Source of the DNA: Methanoculleus sp.
GTDB lineage: Archaea; Halobacteriota; Methanomicrobia; Methanomicrobiales; Methanomicrobiaceae
Direction of reading: 5' to 3'
Length of the DNA: 24,000 nucleotides
Assembly: GCA_011045995.1 (NCBI GenBank)
Contig: DSBQ01000004.1
Coordinates: 1-24,000, forward strand
A program made the position numbers and the translations under genes. The notes below the pieces were generated by a model that was given only the letters and a program-made list of their open reading frames with translations, was not told where the DNA came from and did not search any database. Of the stretch, positions 22,666 to 24,000 are shown piece by piece (within the stretch, counting starts at the first letter, position 1; the number at the start of each line of letters is the position of its first letter).

Positions 22666-23661
22666 CTACTTCTCACCCGCCCGGTCCCGGAAACGCAGTG
22701 CCGTAAGCACGATGTTTGCAATCAGCGCTTCCACCTGTATCTCCGCCGCCGCCCCCTCACTCAGCCGAAAATCGGTCTCCCCGATGTGGGAGATGATCGC
22801 CACCTTGAGCTGCCGGTCAAAGTCCCGGCGTATCACGGCGCGGTAGAGCTGGTTGATCAGTTCGGTTGGGGCGATGCCGCGGGAGAAGAGGAGGTCGTTT
22901 ACCATCGACTCCGCACCGTCGTACTCCCCGTTCAGCGCCGTTGCGAGCAGCTCGTCGATCTCTTCCGGCCGTGCCGTCGACGTGATCTCGTAGATCATCT
23001 CTTCGGTGATGGCAGGACTGATGATGGCCGCCCCCTGTATGGCGTTGATCGCCTTTCTCATATCCCCGAGGGAGATGTAGACGATGGCATCGATCGCCTC
23101 TGTCGTGATGGTGAGCCCTTCGTTCTCCGCGATGCGGGCGAGCTCCGATGCGATCGCCGCACGGTCCAGCGGGCGGAACCGGTAGATGGCGCACCGGCTC
23201 TGGATCGGGTCGATGATCTTCGACGAGTAGTTGCAGGAGAGGATGAAGCGGCAGTTCCGGGCATAGTTCTCCATCGTCCGCCTCAGTGCCGCCTGTGCAT
23301 CCGAGGTCAGCGCATCGGCCTCGTCGAGAAAGAGGATCTTGAACTCCGCACCCCCCAAAGGCGCGGTGCGGGCGAACTGCTTGATCTGGGTCCTGACCAC
23401 GTCGATCCCCCGCTCGTCCGAGGCATTGAGCTCCCGGAAATTCACCTGCCACGTATCCCCGAAAAATTCTCGGGCGAGCGCCACGGCAGAGGTGGTCTTG
23501 CCGATCCCCGCCGACCCCGTAAAGAGCAGGTGTGGCAGGTTCCCGGTTTTCACATACGACTTGAGCCGCGCAACTATCTCGTCCTGGCCGACGATGTCAT
23601 CCAGCACCATCGGCCGGTATTTCTCAATCCATATGGTATGTTCTGATTCCACTGCGTTCAC
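22666..23661 (-). CDS. rfcS: replication factor C small subunit (canonical)
   Basis: 331 aa. WIEKYRP, Walker A GSAGIGKT, Walker [12 protein letters not shown] box QSRCAIYRF, and sensor-2 GDMRKAI. The start is GTG at 23661, with no in-frame ATG before the conserved WIEKYRP block. Confidence 0.9.
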   Translation of the reverse strand: MNAVESEHTIWIEKYRPMVLDDIVGQDEIVARLKSYVKTGNLPHLLFTGSAGIGKTTSAVALAREFFGDTWQVNFRELNASDERGIDVVRTQIKQFARTAPLGGAEFKILFLDEADALTSDAQAALRRTMENYARNCRFILSCNYSSKIIDPIQSRCAIYRFRPLDRAAIASELARIAENEGLTITTEAIDAIVYISLGDMRKAINAIQGAAIISPAITEEMIYEITSTARPEEIDELLATALNGEYDGAESMVNDLLFSRGIAPTELINQLYRAVIRRDFDRQLKVAIISHIGETDFRLSEGAAAEIQVEALIANIVLTALRFRDRAGEK

Positions 23662-23839
23662 CCCGGAAGATGCGGCCAGGTCCCTGCCGTCGATGTATGT
23701 AAACTCTGTGCCGGACTCATATGAACCAATCGTTCCCGGACGGATGCAGCACCAATGCCGGGCGGCACCGGAACCGGCAGGGGACGATGCAAGTAGCTAT
23801 TTCTCCCGCCCTCCTATAGAACCAGTACAAGGGAGAGGC

Positions 23840-24000
23840 ATGCAGTCGTATCAGCTGGTCTTCACGAAGGATTTGAACGAAGGTGCACGGGACCGGGCCG
23901 CACCGGGCGTCTGGCGGTCGGCATCCGGCATTCCCTGCCCGCGGGTCTTTTTCTGCGCCGCACTCATCGAGCGCAGCAGCCACCCGGCGGGAGGGCTGCA
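23840..24000 (+). CDS. possible 5' end of an unidentified gene (runs off the window)
   Basis: The frame is open from ATG 23840 to the window end (53 codons, MQSYQLVFTKDLNEG...), with GC-rich third positions typical of coding sequence here. CCTATAGA at 23813-20 is centred about 25 nt upstream, which would give a leaderless transcript. I recognise no family. Confidence 0.3.
   Translation, partial: MQSYQLVFTKDLNEGARDRAAPGVWRSASGIPCPRVFFCAALIERSSHPAGGL

Noticed and set aside
20539-23661. Inteins or recoding events in mcm and rfcS, which are frequent intein hosts in archaea.
   Set aside because: Both proteins have uninterrupted motifs at normal spacing and normal lengths (708 aa and 331 aa). No window gene is split by in-frame stops, so there is no evidence for Sec or Pyl recoding or for frameshifts.
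23717-23983. 88-aa minus-strand ORF at the right edge.
   Set aside because: It has a Cys/Arg/Pro-rich translation without motifs. It lies antisense to a better-looking plus-strand frame that has a TATA box at the right distance (23840 onward), and it would leave rfcS without a promoter region.

Overview
Visibly GC-rich archaeal chromosomal segment. It is almost certainly from a methanogen, probably Methanomicrobiales-like; this is inferred from the coenzyme F430 genes, methanopterin-related genes, archaeal MCM/RFC and the archaeal-type CoA pathway. Gene content is dense and mostly housekeeping. Left to right: tRNA-Glu(UUC); ilvE; a coenzyme F430 cluster cfbB-cfbD-cfbE-cfbA (minus strand, no cfbC). 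A divergent plus-strand operon follows, made of an Hjc-like nuclease and three overlapping uncharacterised methanogen-type genes: FMN TIM barrel with an 8-Cys domain, CitG-like, and DUF447-like. Next comes a lower-GC, AT-flanked locus with two paralogous type IV pilin-like genes. Then an Lrp/AsnC regulator, a 95-aa membrane protein and a 143-aa unknown protein in one operon; thiD; and a divergent PurM/HypE-superfamily gene. The window ends with a ~10 kb unbroken minus-strand array: rfcS - mcm - mptD - tatD - DUF424 - nmd3 - trm5 - coaBC - pantoate kinase - phosphopantothenate synthetase - a divergent second RFC small subunit. I found no CRISPR array, transposase, integrase, intein or recognisable defence system. 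The best candidates for undescribed biology are the translationally coupled TIM-barrel/CitG-like/DUF447 trio (possible missing methanopterin side-chain steps) and the pilin plus Lrp-module locus with its conserved leader architecture and palindromic sites. The many long antisense ORFs in the six-frame track are GC-driven shadow ORFs. All family assignments come from motif recognition by eye, not from database searches.
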